64,000 nucleotides of DNA, from assembly GCA_963739865.1 (NCBI GenBank), contig CAVUCA010000011.1, positions 25,028 through 89,027 on the forward strand, in the 5' to 3' direction. Position 1 is the stretch's first letter. Every line of letters starts with the position of its first letter. A program made the translations under genes and the position numbers. The notes under the pieces were generated by a model that saw only the letters and a list, made by a program, of their open reading frames with translations, had not been told where the DNA came from and did not search any database. The DNA comes from an uncultured Chloroflexia bacterium (lineage in GTDB: Bacteria > Chloroflexota > Dehalococcoidia > Dehalococcoidales > UBA2162). Of the stretch, positions 39,409 through 48,846 are shown in pieces.

Positions 39409-40584
39409 ATGACACAGCTTCAGATTAATCCCCCCGCCCGCATCCTCCTCGGTCCTGGCCCTAGTAACGTCGCGCCCTCGGTGCTCCTCGCTATGGCTTC
39501 TTCCGTCGTCGGCCATCTCGATCCTTATTTTCAGGCAGTCATGGATGATACTATGGGCCTGCTGCGGGAGACCTTCCGCACCAAAAACCAGTTAACTTTT
39601 CCAGTTTCCGGCACCGGCTCCGCCGGTATGGAAGCCGCGTTTTGTAACTTTCTGGAGGAAGGCGATACCGCCGTTATCGGTGTCAGCGGCCTGTTCGGAG
39701 AACGAATGGTGGACAACGCTGCCCGGCTGGGCGCCACCGTGATTCCTATCACCGTCGAGTGGGGCAAAGTCATCGAACCGGAAGCCGTCGCCTCTGCCCT
39801 TAAATCACAAAAAAAGGTCAAAATGGTCGCCGTGGTCCACGCTGAAACCTCTACCGGCGCTCTGCAGCCGCTGGGAGAGATCTCGAAGCTGGCAAAAGAC
39901 CACGATGCCCTGTTCCTGGTGGATACTGTGACCTCGCTCGGCGGCCACGAGGTAGCCGTGGATGACTGGGGCATCGATATCTGCTACAGCGGTACCCAGA
40001 AATGCCTTAGTGTACCGCCGGGTTTATCTCCCTTCACTGCCAACGAAAAAGCCCTGGCGGCACTTAAGTCACGAAAAAAGAAGGGGCCGTCGTGGTACCT
40101 CGACCTGTCGCTGTTGTCCGATTACTGGGCCACCGGCCGCTTATACCACCACACCGCCCCCATCAACATGGTCTACGGTCTGCATGAAGCCCTGCGTATC
40201 ATTGCTGAAGAAGGCCTGGAAAGACGCATAAGCCGCCATGCCCGCAACGGGCAGGCCCTCCACGCCGGACTGGAAGCCATGGGGCTGGTATTGCACGCCC
40301 AGGCGGGGCACCGCCTTAACGTCCTCACTTCGGTGCGCATCCCCGACGGGGTCAACGACGCTAAAATACGCGGCGCCCTGCTCAATGAATTTAATATCGA
40401 GATCGGCGGGGGGCTGGGAACCCTTAAAGGTAAGATCTGGCGTATCGGCCTTATGGGCCATTCTTCTACCGAAGCCAACGTCCTCTTCCTACTCCATGCC
40501 CTGGAAAAATTGCTGGCCCGGGAAGGCTTCAAACTGGGAGCGGGGGCAGGGGTGGCAGCGGCAAATAAGGTATTAAAAAACTAA
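39409..40584 (+). CDS. class V aminotransferase (alanine-glyoxylate / serine-pyruvate type)
   Basis: LLGPGPSNV opening, PLP-lysine context SGTQKCL. Start placed at ATG 39409. Confidence 0.85.
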   Translation: MTQLQINPPARILLGPGPSNVAPSVLLAMASSVVGHLDPYFQAVMDDTMGLLRETFRTKNQLTFPVSGTGSAGMEAAFCNFLEEGDTAVIGVSGLFGERMVDNAARLGATVIPITVEWGKVIEPEAVASALKSQKKVKMVAVVHAETSTGALQPLGEISKLAKDHDALFLVDTVTSLGGHEVAVDDWGIDICYSGTQKCLSVPPGLSPFTANEKALAALKSRKKKGPSWYLDLSLLSDYWATGRLYHHTAPINMVYGLHEALRIIAEEGLERRISRHARNGQALHAGLEAMGLVLHAQAGHRLNVLTSVRIPDGVNDAKIRGALLNEFNIEIGGGLGTLKGKIWRIGLMGHSSTEANVLFLLHALEKLLAREGFKLGAGAGVAAANKVLKN

Positions 40585-40621
40585 ATAACTAGCCTTGGTT
40601 ATTGCTATTTATTTACGATCT

Positions 40622-40729
40622 TGTAGGGGATGGTCTGTGACCATCCCGCCTCGAAGCTTTATCAGGTTGCCGCATTATTAAGCGTTAAATCAGGACTTAA
40701 GGCGGGTGGGTCCGAGACCCACCCCTACA
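40622..40729. repeat. MITE-like element bounded by inverted TGTAGGGG…hairpin modules
   Basis: TGTAGGGGATGGTCTGTGACCATCCCGCC (40622-40650) and its inverted counterpart GGCGGGTGGGTCCGAGACCCACCCCTACA (40701-40729). Confidence 0.7.
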
Positions 40730-40750
40730 AAACGGCATCCGTTAATCGTA

Positions 40751-42395
40751 TTACTGGTACATGGGGACGTCCAGTTCTTCCTTGGCAATGATCTCCAGGA
40801 GAGCAGCCTGTCCGGACTGGATCGCTTTCTTGGCCCGCTGCAAAGCCGGCATGACCTCGTTGGGTTCGGTTACTTTCTCGGCATAACCCCCCAACGCCGC
40901 CGCCACCTTAGCATATTCCCCCGTCTGCTTGTTCAGGGAATAATGCTCGGAAGCGTAGGGGTGGTGATGCTGATAGCCGCCCAAGCGGTTATCGTTCTTT
41001 AATACGACCAGGATGGGGATATTTTCCCGCACCGCCGTCTCAAAGTCCATGCCGACCATGCCGAAGGAAGCATTGCCCATGAAGGCAATGCAATTCTTCT
41101 CCGGGTGTGCCAGCTTAGCCCCCATAGTAAAGCCCAGGGATGCGCCCAGGGTCGTTGTCTTGCCCCACCCGATATACCCCCCCGGAGTGGTCGTTTCCCA
41201 GAAGGGGAGTAAAGTATCCCGCGGGAAACCGGCCTCATGGGTGATGATAGTTTCCGCCGGATCAAATACCTTCTGCATATCACCGATAATGCGGTAGGGA
41301 TTGATAGGCGTTTCATTGGAGGTCAGTTTCGGCGCCCATTCCTTCAGGAATTCATCCTTGACCGCCTTCAATTCCCGGCGCACCATGTCGTCTTTCTTGC
41401 GGCCTTCGTTACCGAGTTGTGCCTTTACTTCGTCGATCATCTGCTGCAGCACCAGTTTAGCATCGCCTACGATAGCTTGTTCCAGCAGGTAGTCTTTTCC
41501 CAGGTCCCGTTCGTCGACGGTCGATTGTATCACCCGCTTGTCGTCCGGTATCGGGGTGGTAAAGGCTTCTTTGGTACAGCTCGAACCGATGGCGAAGACC
41601 AGATCGGCTTTCTTCAGGAAATGCATGACGGCCTTGGGCCGGGTACGTCCCCCCGCCCCCAGCGCCAGGGGATGGTTCTCCGGGAAACCGCTCTTGCCGG
41701 ACATCGTCGTAAAGACCGGTATCTGCAGTAGTTCGGCGAATTCCCGCAGTTCGTCCCAGGCTTGAGCGAACAGGACGCCCTGACCCGCCCGGATGACCGG
41801 GTTTTTGGCTGCGATCAGGGCTTTGACCGCCGCTTTAACGTCGGCGGGGTCGCCCGCACTCCGGGCAGCCTTGACCGGTTTGTATTTGAAGACGTTATCC
41901 GGGAAATCCTCCATGGCTACATCGCCGGGAATCTCCAGTAGTACCGGCCCCAGCCGCCCCGTCCGCAATAAAGGTGAAAGCGCGCCGCATCATCTCCGGG
42001 ACGCGGTCGGCGAAATTGATCATATCGGCCCACTTGGTGATTTCCTGGTAGTTGTTCACCGCAATGAAGGTTGGCGGCACCAGGCGGCGCCGCGGCGCCC
42101 CGCTGGGCAAGACCAGTACCGGCACCGACTCACTGTAAGCCTGGGCTACCCCGGAAAACGAGTTCTCGATGCCCGGCCCGTTCTGCATGGCGCAAACTCC
42201 CACCCGCTGGGCGAAAGAGGCCCGGGCAAACCCGTCGGCGATGCCCACGCCCACCCGTTCGTTGCGGGTCAGTATCGGCCGGATGCCTTCTTTGGCCCCG
42301 GCTTCGAATATCGAGTTCATGGGGAAACCGCTGATGAACTCCACCCCTTCCATCTTCAGAATTTTCGCTATCGCTGTAATTCCCTGCATATCCAT
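40751..42395 (-). pseudogene. thiamine-diphosphate enzyme (acetolactate synthase-like), one frameshift
   Basis: The N-part (41895..42395) ends …MMRRAFTF. The next frame continues LRTGRLGPVLLEIPGDV…. The junction is at a T3 run (plus strand 41967-41973). TPP motif GNASFGM…NDN. Confidence 0.85.
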
Positions 42396-42428
42396 CCTCC
42401 CAATTATGTAATTAAATTAGTGTTAGGC

Positions 42429-42500
42429 GACCCATGGTTCGACAGGCTCACCATGAGCGGGTCACTTAACAGAATCAACCAGGCTCACTCATGAGCGGAC
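42429..42500. repeat. two tandem GTTCGACAGGCTCA…ATGAGCGG hairpin modules
   Basis: CCATGGTTCGACAGGCTCACCATGAGCGGGTC followed by CAGGCTCACTCATGAGCGGAC. Related copies lie at 51401-51453 and 55307-55369. Confidence 0.7.
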
Positions 42501-42517
42501 TGCTTAGTACGTTCTTT

Positions 42518-43534
42518 TTACTTTTCCAACTTGAACTTCGGCTGCACCTTCGGATTTACCGGATTCTTCGGCCACTTTCCGGACAAGACCCGGGCAACTT
42601 CTTCCGCCGGGTTGACCGGCTGGGTCGCCAGTGCCGCATCGGAATACGACGCGGTATGGGGTATCAGGATGACATTGTCGAATTTCAATAGCGGGTTGTC
42701 CGGCGGGGTCGGTTCTTTCTCAAACACATCCAGGCCGGCGCCGGCGATCCATTTCTCCTTTAGTGCTTTTATCAAGGCGGCTTCGTCGACGATCGGGCCG
42801 CGGGCCGTATTAATAAGATAAGCCGAAGGTTTCATCCGGCTGAATTCCCGTTCTCCGATGAGATGGAAGGTATCTTTCGCCAGCGGGGCATGAACCGATA
42901 CAAAATCAGAGTGTGACAACACATCGGGTAGTTCCATTAATTCGATGCCCAACGCTTTCGCCTGGGCTTTGTCGGCATAAGGATCATAGGCAATGACTTT
43001 CATATTGAATGCCTGGGCTTTCTTTGCCGTCATGCGGCCGATATCCCCGCAGGCCACTAATCCCAACGTCTGCCCGTGTATCGGAGCCATGGGAGCCAGG
43101 ACTTTGCGGGCATCCATCCAGCGCCCCTGCTTCATCGGGGTATCCAGCAGCACCAGTTTCTTGGCACAGGCCAGGAGCAAAACCATGGCTTGGTTTGAGA
43201 CTTCTTCCACACACCATTCCCGGGCAGGATTGTTCACGAAGATGATGCCGTTGTCCGTGGCCGCCTGTACATCTACGCCGTCGAATCCCACGGAATAAAA
43301 GACGATGATGCGGCACTTGGGCAGGGAAGACATCAATTTCCGGGAAAAGAACGGCCCTCCCCCCATGATGGCATCGGCATCCTTCGCCAGCGTGATCAGC
43401 TCGTCCTCACTCTTCGGCTGGATCTCCACCGCTTCCACGTCCAGTTTATGTTCGGAAAATACCTTACGCTCGGTCACCATCGACGGCCCGCTGATCTTCC
43501 CGAAACCCACCACTTTAAATTTAGTGCCTGCCAT
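42518..43534 (-). CDS. D-isomer-specific 2-hydroxyacid dehydrogenase family protein
   Basis: NAD motif GLVACGDIGR, catalytic region NTARG…D…PHTAS. Confidence 0.88.
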   Translation of the reverse strand: MAGTKFKVVGFGKISGPSMVTERKVFSEHKLDVEAVEIQPKSEDELITLAKDADAIMGGGPFFSRKLMSSLPKCRIIVFYSVGFDGVDVQAATDNGIIFVNNPAREWCVEEVSNQAMVLLLACAKKLVLLDTPMKQGRWMDARKVLAPMAPIHGQTLGLVACGDIGRMTAKKAQAFNMKVIAYDPYADKAQAKALGIELMELPDVLSHSDFVSVHAPLAKDTFHLIGEREFSRMKPSAYLINTARGPIVDEAALIKALKEKWIAGAGLDVFEKEPTPPDNPLLKFDNVILIPHTASYSDAALATQPVNPAEEVARVLSGKWPKNPVNPKVQPKFKLEK

Positions 43535-43636
43535 GATTTCCTCCTTTTCGTACGGTAAGCACCCGGTATTACATTATGTAAATTAAATACCGGGTGGTTT
43601 GAACAAGCTCAATTATAACGATGGCAGCCACTAATG

Positions 43637-45355
43637 TCAATTTGAAGCTGTCAGCCACTCCAGAACCAGCAATTCCTTCTCCAGGGTTTCGTCACCGATT
43701 GCATACATTTCGTCCTCGAAATAGCCGGCGAAGGTTCGGAATATGCTGCGGTATGGCAGCGATATCGTCAGGTCCAGGGAAGTCCGTTCCCATTGTCCTA
43801 CGTTCTCCAGTGGTATGCAGATACCGGTATCTTCACGGACCCGGGGCGACCACGGCTGGTTGTACCGGGCATATTGCCGCTCGTCCATCATCCAGTTCTT
43901 CAACAGGGCGGCATAACGGCTCAACAGCACTCCCTTGCGGATGCCGGTATTGGGGAAATATTCCGGCGGCTGGGATTCCAGGTAGACTACCGACTCATCC
44001 CCGTCGCTCCTGCCGTTCCGGTCTTCATAGGTGGTTCTCAGGTATACTTTGTCACTGCCGTTGTATGACATCTTCTGCAGTTTGAGTAATACCAGGCCTC
44101 CCCGCACCTCGCCCCCCTCGCTTTTCGCCGCGAACAGGGTATTTATCCGCATCAGGCTGCCGGTCGCGGCATCGGCTTCCGGAGAGCCGAAGACCTTCTC
44201 GATGCGCCAGCCGTCGGCATGGAAATCCAACCGCAGGTCAAACACCAGCGGCGTGACCATGTAGTCGAATTCCTCTTCCACCCGCTCCCGGAACTGGCGG
44301 GGGGAATGGACCGAATAATAGTTGGCGCCCTTGATCTTGGTGATCTGTTCAATGAGCTGCGAGTTGAAATCCACCCCGATGCCGATGAAGGTGGTATATA
44401 TCCGGCGTTCCGCATTTGTGGCAGCGATGGCATTAAAGCCGCGGGTGCTGATATCTCCGGTATTCGGCTGGGCATCGGTGAAGACCATCATCCGGTTTTC
44501 ATATTCGTAGCTGTCCAGTTCACTGTAGACCGCGGTACTGCTCCGTCCCCAGTTCCATACCGGCTTCCTGGTTGGTGCTGCCGCCGGCATTGATATCCAG
44601 TACCATGTCTTTCCACGTCGCCCATATTAGCCTCACCCACCAGTCGCATCGGCTGCAACAGGAAAGCCCGGGAGTTGAAGGTGACGATGGCAAAACGGTC
44701 GTCATCGTCGAATTGCCGCAGGATGCTGATTACCGATTCGGCGGCACTTTGCATCTTGGTTTTCCGGTGCGTACCTTCCCCGGCGTAGGCATCGACCTGG
44801 CGGCCGGAGCCGTCATAATAATACTGGTTATACTGCTCGGTCATCGAACCTGACGTATCCAGGACGATCACCAGGTTGAGTTTCTTACGGGCAAAGTCGC
44901 TTTCTTTCATCCCGGAATTCAAGCCGACCGAGAGATAGTATTCGGTTTGATGGGAGAACGGGTCCCGGGTCACGGCGAAGCTGTAGGAAGGGCTGTAGAG
45001 TTTCTCGGTAGGTTCCACCTGGCCGGTCTCGAAATAATAGTCGTAGAATAGCCCTTCGTAGGTGACATCGGTGGGCAGCGGCAGGTAATTGTTGCGGATG
45101 TTTTCCCGGAAGTTGCCCACGTCCTTGGCCCCGCCCGCCGCCAGCCCGATGGTACCGCTGGTGGTAGTCGATGGCTGGGTGTATGAAGAGGTCGGTTGAG
45201 TAACAGGCCGCGGTTGTCATCGGCGGCCGGGTAGTCGCCAGAAGTACGGCTAGTCATACTCGGTGGACGGGTAGTCATCGTCTGACTGCACCGCAGGCGG
45301 TTACCGTGACACAATCTACCATCAGGAATAAGGCTGCCAGTATTCTCTTCATCAT
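43637..45355 (-). pseudogene. VWA-domain lipoprotein, at least 4 frameshifts
   Basis: GGGAGG plus ATG 45355 gives the signal/lipobox MMKRILAALFLMVDCVTVTAC. MIDAS motif VLDTSGSMT. The readable protein jumps frame at about 45216-45290 (2 or more), 44610-44616 and the C4 run at 44546-44549. Confidence 0.8.
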
Positions 45356-45386
45356 GTTCCTCCCTTCGTGTGCGTTGTCAGTGATA

Positions 45387-45416
45387 TATACGAAGGTCGG
45401 GAAAAAGTATCGCCGT
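45387..45416 (-). promoter_or_regulatory. candidate ECF-type promoter upstream of the VWA gene
   Basis: Minus strand ACGGCGATACTTTTTCCCGACCTTCGTATA. Near-identical to the motif upstream of the sigma gene. Confidence 0.5.
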
Positions 45417-45427
45417 CAAATATCAGG

Positions 45428-46162
45428 TCAATCGATGCGGAAAGAGACCGTCCGGGGCAGGTCCAGTTCCACCGGCTGTCCCTGGTTGTCCAGGTCTTCC
45501 AGTTCGATGTAGTATCGGCCCGGGCTTACCGGTTGTCCGTCGGCATCAAGCTGGTGCCAGTATACCGTATAGCTGGTTTCCTGGCCGGGTGACAATACCA
45601 CCGTGCCCCCACCCGCTTCCGTAGTATATACCGGCTGGCCGGTCTCGCTGTCCATCACACTGAGGATGGGCGGGTATTTCCGGATGGTAAAACTTTCTGC
45701 CGTAACATTCTTTAAATGGACCACGATTTCCACCCGTTCGCCTTCTTGATATACGTCTTTACTCATGGTAGCCGAAGCCCCGATAAACGAAGGTATCGTT
45801 GCTGCCGGCTGGAAGACACCGGCTATCCAGACGATAACCGCCGCAATGCCCAGGATTATGACTGCCGTTACCGCCTGCCACGTTTGCCGCCGCAACCGCT
45901 GGCGCAGCCAGCTCCACCAGTTCTGCGCCGGCCGGGTACGGGCTTTTTCTTCCAGTTCCACTAACTGCCGGCGCAACCGCTCTTGCAAAGACTTTTCAAA
46001 ACCGGGGCGCAGGCGGGGTTCCATCTCCGCCATCCGCACCGTGAATTCCAAAGCAGTCCGCAGGTCTTCTTCCATGCGCGGGCTGAATTCCGGCCGCTCT
46101 CCCGCCAGGATGCGGTCGACGTTTTCGGCAAATAATCTGGCCTGGTCCTGCCGGTTATTCAT
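45428..46162 (-). CDS. putative anti-sigma factor (single TM, beta-rich ectodomain)
   Basis: The start overlaps the sigma gene stop by 8 nt. It has a cytoplasmic helical N-terminus, the TM helix AVTAVIILGIAAVIVWIAGV, and a C-terminal ~110 aa Ig/BsuPI-like segment. Confidence 0.6.
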   Translation of the reverse strand: MNNRQDQARLFAENVDRILAGERPEFSPRMEEDLRTALEFTVRMAEMEPRLRPGFEKSLQERLRRQLVELEEKARTRPAQNWWSWLRQRLRRQTWQAVTAVIILGIAAVIVWIAGVFQPAATIPSFIGASATMSKDVYQEGERVEIVVHLKNVTAESFTIRKYPPILSVMDSETGQPVYTTEAGGGTVVLSPGQETSYTVYWHQLDADGQPVSPGRYYIELEDLDNQGQPVELDLPRTVSFRID

Positions 46163-46709
46163 CCCGCCACCCCTTAAAATTATCTCTTAACTTGCGCACC
46201 GCCCGGAAGACCAGGTTGCCGACCTGCGATTCGGTCATGCCGGTATTCCGGGCGATGTCCCGGTTGGTCATGTGCGCCCCGAATTTGAGGGAAATGACCG
46301 ACTGCTCGGTGGGGGCCAGTTTTTTCAGGCATGCCTGTAAACGTCCGAATTCCTCGCCCCGGATCGCCATCTCTTCCGGGGAGGGGTCCCGGCTGGCTTG
46401 CGGGAGGTCGTCGTTCAGCGGCACCACCCGGTCCGGGTGTCCCACCCGGAAATGGTCGATGACCGTATTGCGGGCGATGGTATAGACCCAGGTAGAAAAA
46501 GACGCCCGCTGGGACTCGTAGGCATGGAATTTGACCAGGGCTTTTTCGAACACCACCGAGGTCAGGTCTTCTGCCGTCGCATCATCCTCGATGCGGTAGC
46601 GGACGAAGCGGTAGACCTTCGGCAAATACTCCGCGTACAGCCGCGCGAATACCTCGGCGATGGTTTGGCCGACCTCACCCGGCAGGCTGAAGAACAAAAA
46701 GAAAAACAC
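46155..46709 (-). CDS. ECF (sigma-70 family) RNA polymerase sigma factor
   Basis: Region 2 (DLTSVVFEKALVKFHAY…STWVYTIARNTVIDHFR) and region 4 HTH (NRDIARNTGMTESQVGNLVFRAVRKLR). The start codon is uncertain. Confidence 0.85.
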   Translation of the reverse strand: MFFFLFFSLPGEVGQTIAEVFARLYAEYLPKVYRFVRYRIEDDATAEDLTSVVFEKALVKFHAYESQRASFSTWVYTIARNTVIDHFRVGHPDRVVPLNDDLPQASRDPSPEEMAIRGEEFGRLQACLKKLAPTEQSVISLKFGAHMTNRDIARNTGMTESQVGNLVFRAVRKLRDNFKGWRDE

Positions 46710-46754
46710 CGCTGCCGCTCCACTTCGTCTCGTATCATGATACGGTCGAATATT

Positions 46755-46784
46755 TATACGAAAGACCGGGAAAAGTATCGCCGT
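46755..46784 (-). promoter_or_regulatory. candidate autoregulated ECF-type promoter upstream of the sigma gene
   Basis: Minus strand ACGGCGATACTTTTCCCGGTCTTTCGTATA, ending 45 nt upstream of the longest-ORF start. Confidence 0.5.
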
Positions 46785-46844
46785 ATTCTAGCCGAAAGGG
46801 CCGGTACGGTTCAACAATGAGGCAAAGAAAAGCCAGCCTTGGAT

Positions 46845-46939
46845 GTCATCCCGAGTGCAGGCCTACTGCGACGAGGGATCCGTTATCCTATGCCAGATGG
46901 AGTACGGATTTCTCAGTCGTTTCACTCCTTCGAAATGAC
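46845..46939. repeat. inverted pair of GTCATYCYGA modules
   Basis: GTCATCCCGAGTGCAGGCCTACTGCGACGAGGGATCC (left) and, reverse-complemented, GTCATTTCGAAGGAGTGAAACGACTGAGAAATCC (right). The right arm overlaps the HAD gene 3' end. Confidence 0.75.
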
Positions 46940-47599
46940 ATTCTGAGACAAACTCTCGAAAGCCTGCCGGACATCATCCAGCGAGGCGGCGATGGTATGC
47001 CCCAGGGCTTTGACTGGCGGCGAAGGCGGCAGCAGGTCCGGTATCTGGACCACCTGCAACCCGGCACGGAAGGCTGACAGCACCCCGTTGTCCGAGTCTT
47101 CCAGGGCCAGGCAGGCGGCGGGGGGGAGGTTGAGTTTTTCACAGGCTTTCAGATAGATATCCGGCTCCGGCTTGCTCCGGGTGATATCGTCACCGCAAAC
47201 TAGGAAGTCGAAGTACGGCAGGATGCCGGATTCCGTCAACATTTTCTCCGCCCAATATCGCTGCGTTGAGGTCACCACGGCTTGCTGCAACGTACGCCGG
47301 CCGAGATACTGGAGCAGGTCCAACACACCCCGTTTCAGCGGCATCGGCTTTTTCCCGGATTTACTATACCAGGAGGCTTTAACGTCCTCGTACGGAAAAT
47401 CCGGGCCGTAGCCGGCCAGCATGATCTCTTTCGTGCGGTCTTTATTGCCGCCGATGCATTTATAGTAGACCTCTACATCGGGTTCGTAGCCGAATTCACG
47501 GCACGAGGCGATGAAGTCTTCGAGGACAATCCGTTCGCTGTCCAGCAGCAGCCCGTCCATGTCGAAGACGACCGCTTTTATCTTCTTTAAGTCCAGCAT
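46922..47599 (-). CDS. HAD-IA family hydrolase (beta-phosphoglucomutase-like)
   Basis: Motif I FDMDGLLLDSE, motif IV EDSDNG. Start placed at ATG 47599. Confidence 0.85.
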   Translation of the reverse strand: MLDLKKIKAVVFDMDGLLLDSERIVLEDFIASCREFGYEPDVEVYYKCIGGNKDRTKEIMLAGYGPDFPYEDVKASWYSKSGKKPMPLKRGVLDLLQYLGRRTLQQAVVTSTQRYWAEKMLTESGILPYFDFLVCGDDITRSKPEPDIYLKACEKLNLPPAACLALEDSDNGVLSAFRAGLQVVQIPDLLPPSPPVKALGHTIAASLDDVRQAFESLSQNVISKE

Positions 47600-47837
47600 T
47601 TTGCCATGATAACACAAGCCCGCATCTCTTTTCCTCCCACTGTCCCAAGACAAAGAGAATGGGGGAGGGGAATATTATATTAGGAACACCCTCATCCCGG
47701 CCTTTGCCGATTCATTACATTTATACGGCATCCCGTACGAATCGGGTGAGTCGGGACTCCCATCAAAGGGAGAAGGAGCTAACCGGAATTATTAGTCCTC
47801 TCGCCCCTTGCGGGAGAGAGTGAGGGGTATTTCGTAT

Positions 47838-48590
47838 TTACAACCTCGGTGGTATCATCACCCTTACGAAGGCTTCCGCCAACGGGAACTCGGTGCCCTC
47901 CGCCGCCCTGACCGCCCCGTCGCGGGTGAATTTCAGGTGGCCTTTTTCGGCATCTTCATGGCTCTGGTCGTCCATCCAGTCCTCGATCTGGGTCTGGTGG
48001 CAGAGGATGGCCTTTTCCTTGATGGCGAAAGTATCCGTAACATCGACCCGGTAATTGGGCTGTTCCGGACTCCACAACAGCACTTCTTTCACTTTGTGAG
48101 GTAACAGTCCTTCCTTGACCAGGGCAGGATAGTAATTCGGTGCCTGAGCGCAGGGCCAGACCATGTCCATGACGATGCGGCCGAGTTTGCGGTGGTCGGG
48201 ATTGGAGACATACCGCCCATTATAGGGGTCACGGGTACAGACGACTTCGGGACGGTAGGTCAGGATGATACGGAGGATCTCTTCCTGCAGTTGGGGGGTA
48301 TCTTGCAAACCAAGGTCGGGCTGGCGCAGAAAGATCACCTTTTTCGCCCCCACCACTTTACTGGCAGCCAACTGTTCTTTTTCCCGGCGTTTGGCTAAAG
48401 CCTCCGGCTTGACGGCCGGGTTGCCGCTGCCCTTATCGCCGTTGGTACAGATCACGCAGACCACTTCCTTACCCTGGCGGGTCCACTTGGCCACGGTGCC
48501 CCCCATCCCCCCTTCCGTGTCATGGGGATGCGGCGAAAACGTCACCGCATATACCGGTTTATCAACCATTTCTCTCCTGCCTCCTGTCAT
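47838..48590 (-). CDS. PIG-L/LmbE family deacetylase
   Basis: AVTFSPHPHDTEGGMGG motif (PHPDD-like), 250 aa. Confidence 0.85.
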   Translation of the reverse strand: MTGGRREMVDKPVYAVTFSPHPHDTEGGMGGTVAKWTRQGKEVVCVICTNGDKGSGNPAVKPEALAKRREKEQLAASKVVGAKKVIFLRQPDLGLQDTPQLQEEILRIILTYRPEVVCTRDPYNGRYVSNPDHRKLGRIVMDMVWPCAQAPNYYPALVKEGLLPHKVKEVLLWSPEQPNYRVDVTDTFAIKEKAILCHQTQIEDWMDDQSHEDAEKGHLKFTRDGAVRAAEGTEFPLAEAFVRVMIPPRL

Positions 48591-48615
48591 TTAATTTGTA
48601 GAGACTATATTTGAA

Positions 48616-48754
48616 TGTCATCACAATAGCCGTTTGTGAAACAGTCGTTATAACGACGTCATTCCGATTGAAGGAGAGGGATCCGATGCTCCTTACCATA
48701 GAGAATGGATTCTTTCGATTCTGAGTCGACCGTCGCTTCGCTCCTCAGAATGAC
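48616..48754. repeat. GTCATYC module cluster (three modules, the outer two inverted)
   Basis: GTCATCACAATAG…, GTCATTCCGATTGAAGGAGAGGGATCC, and (rc) GTCATTCTGAGGAGCGAAGCGACGGTCGACTCAGAATCG. Confidence 0.75.
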
Positions 48755-48846
48755 ATTTCCGGGATTTTTATACACATTCATACAATTTATTTCTTGTCGT
48801 TTAATATTTTCTTAGAATTTTGAATTTAGTGTTTAGTGTTTTGTAT

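Noticed and set aside
41793-42494. 233-aa plus-strand ORF
   Set aside because: It is antisense to the TPP enzyme and runs into the intergenic repeat. It has no motifs.
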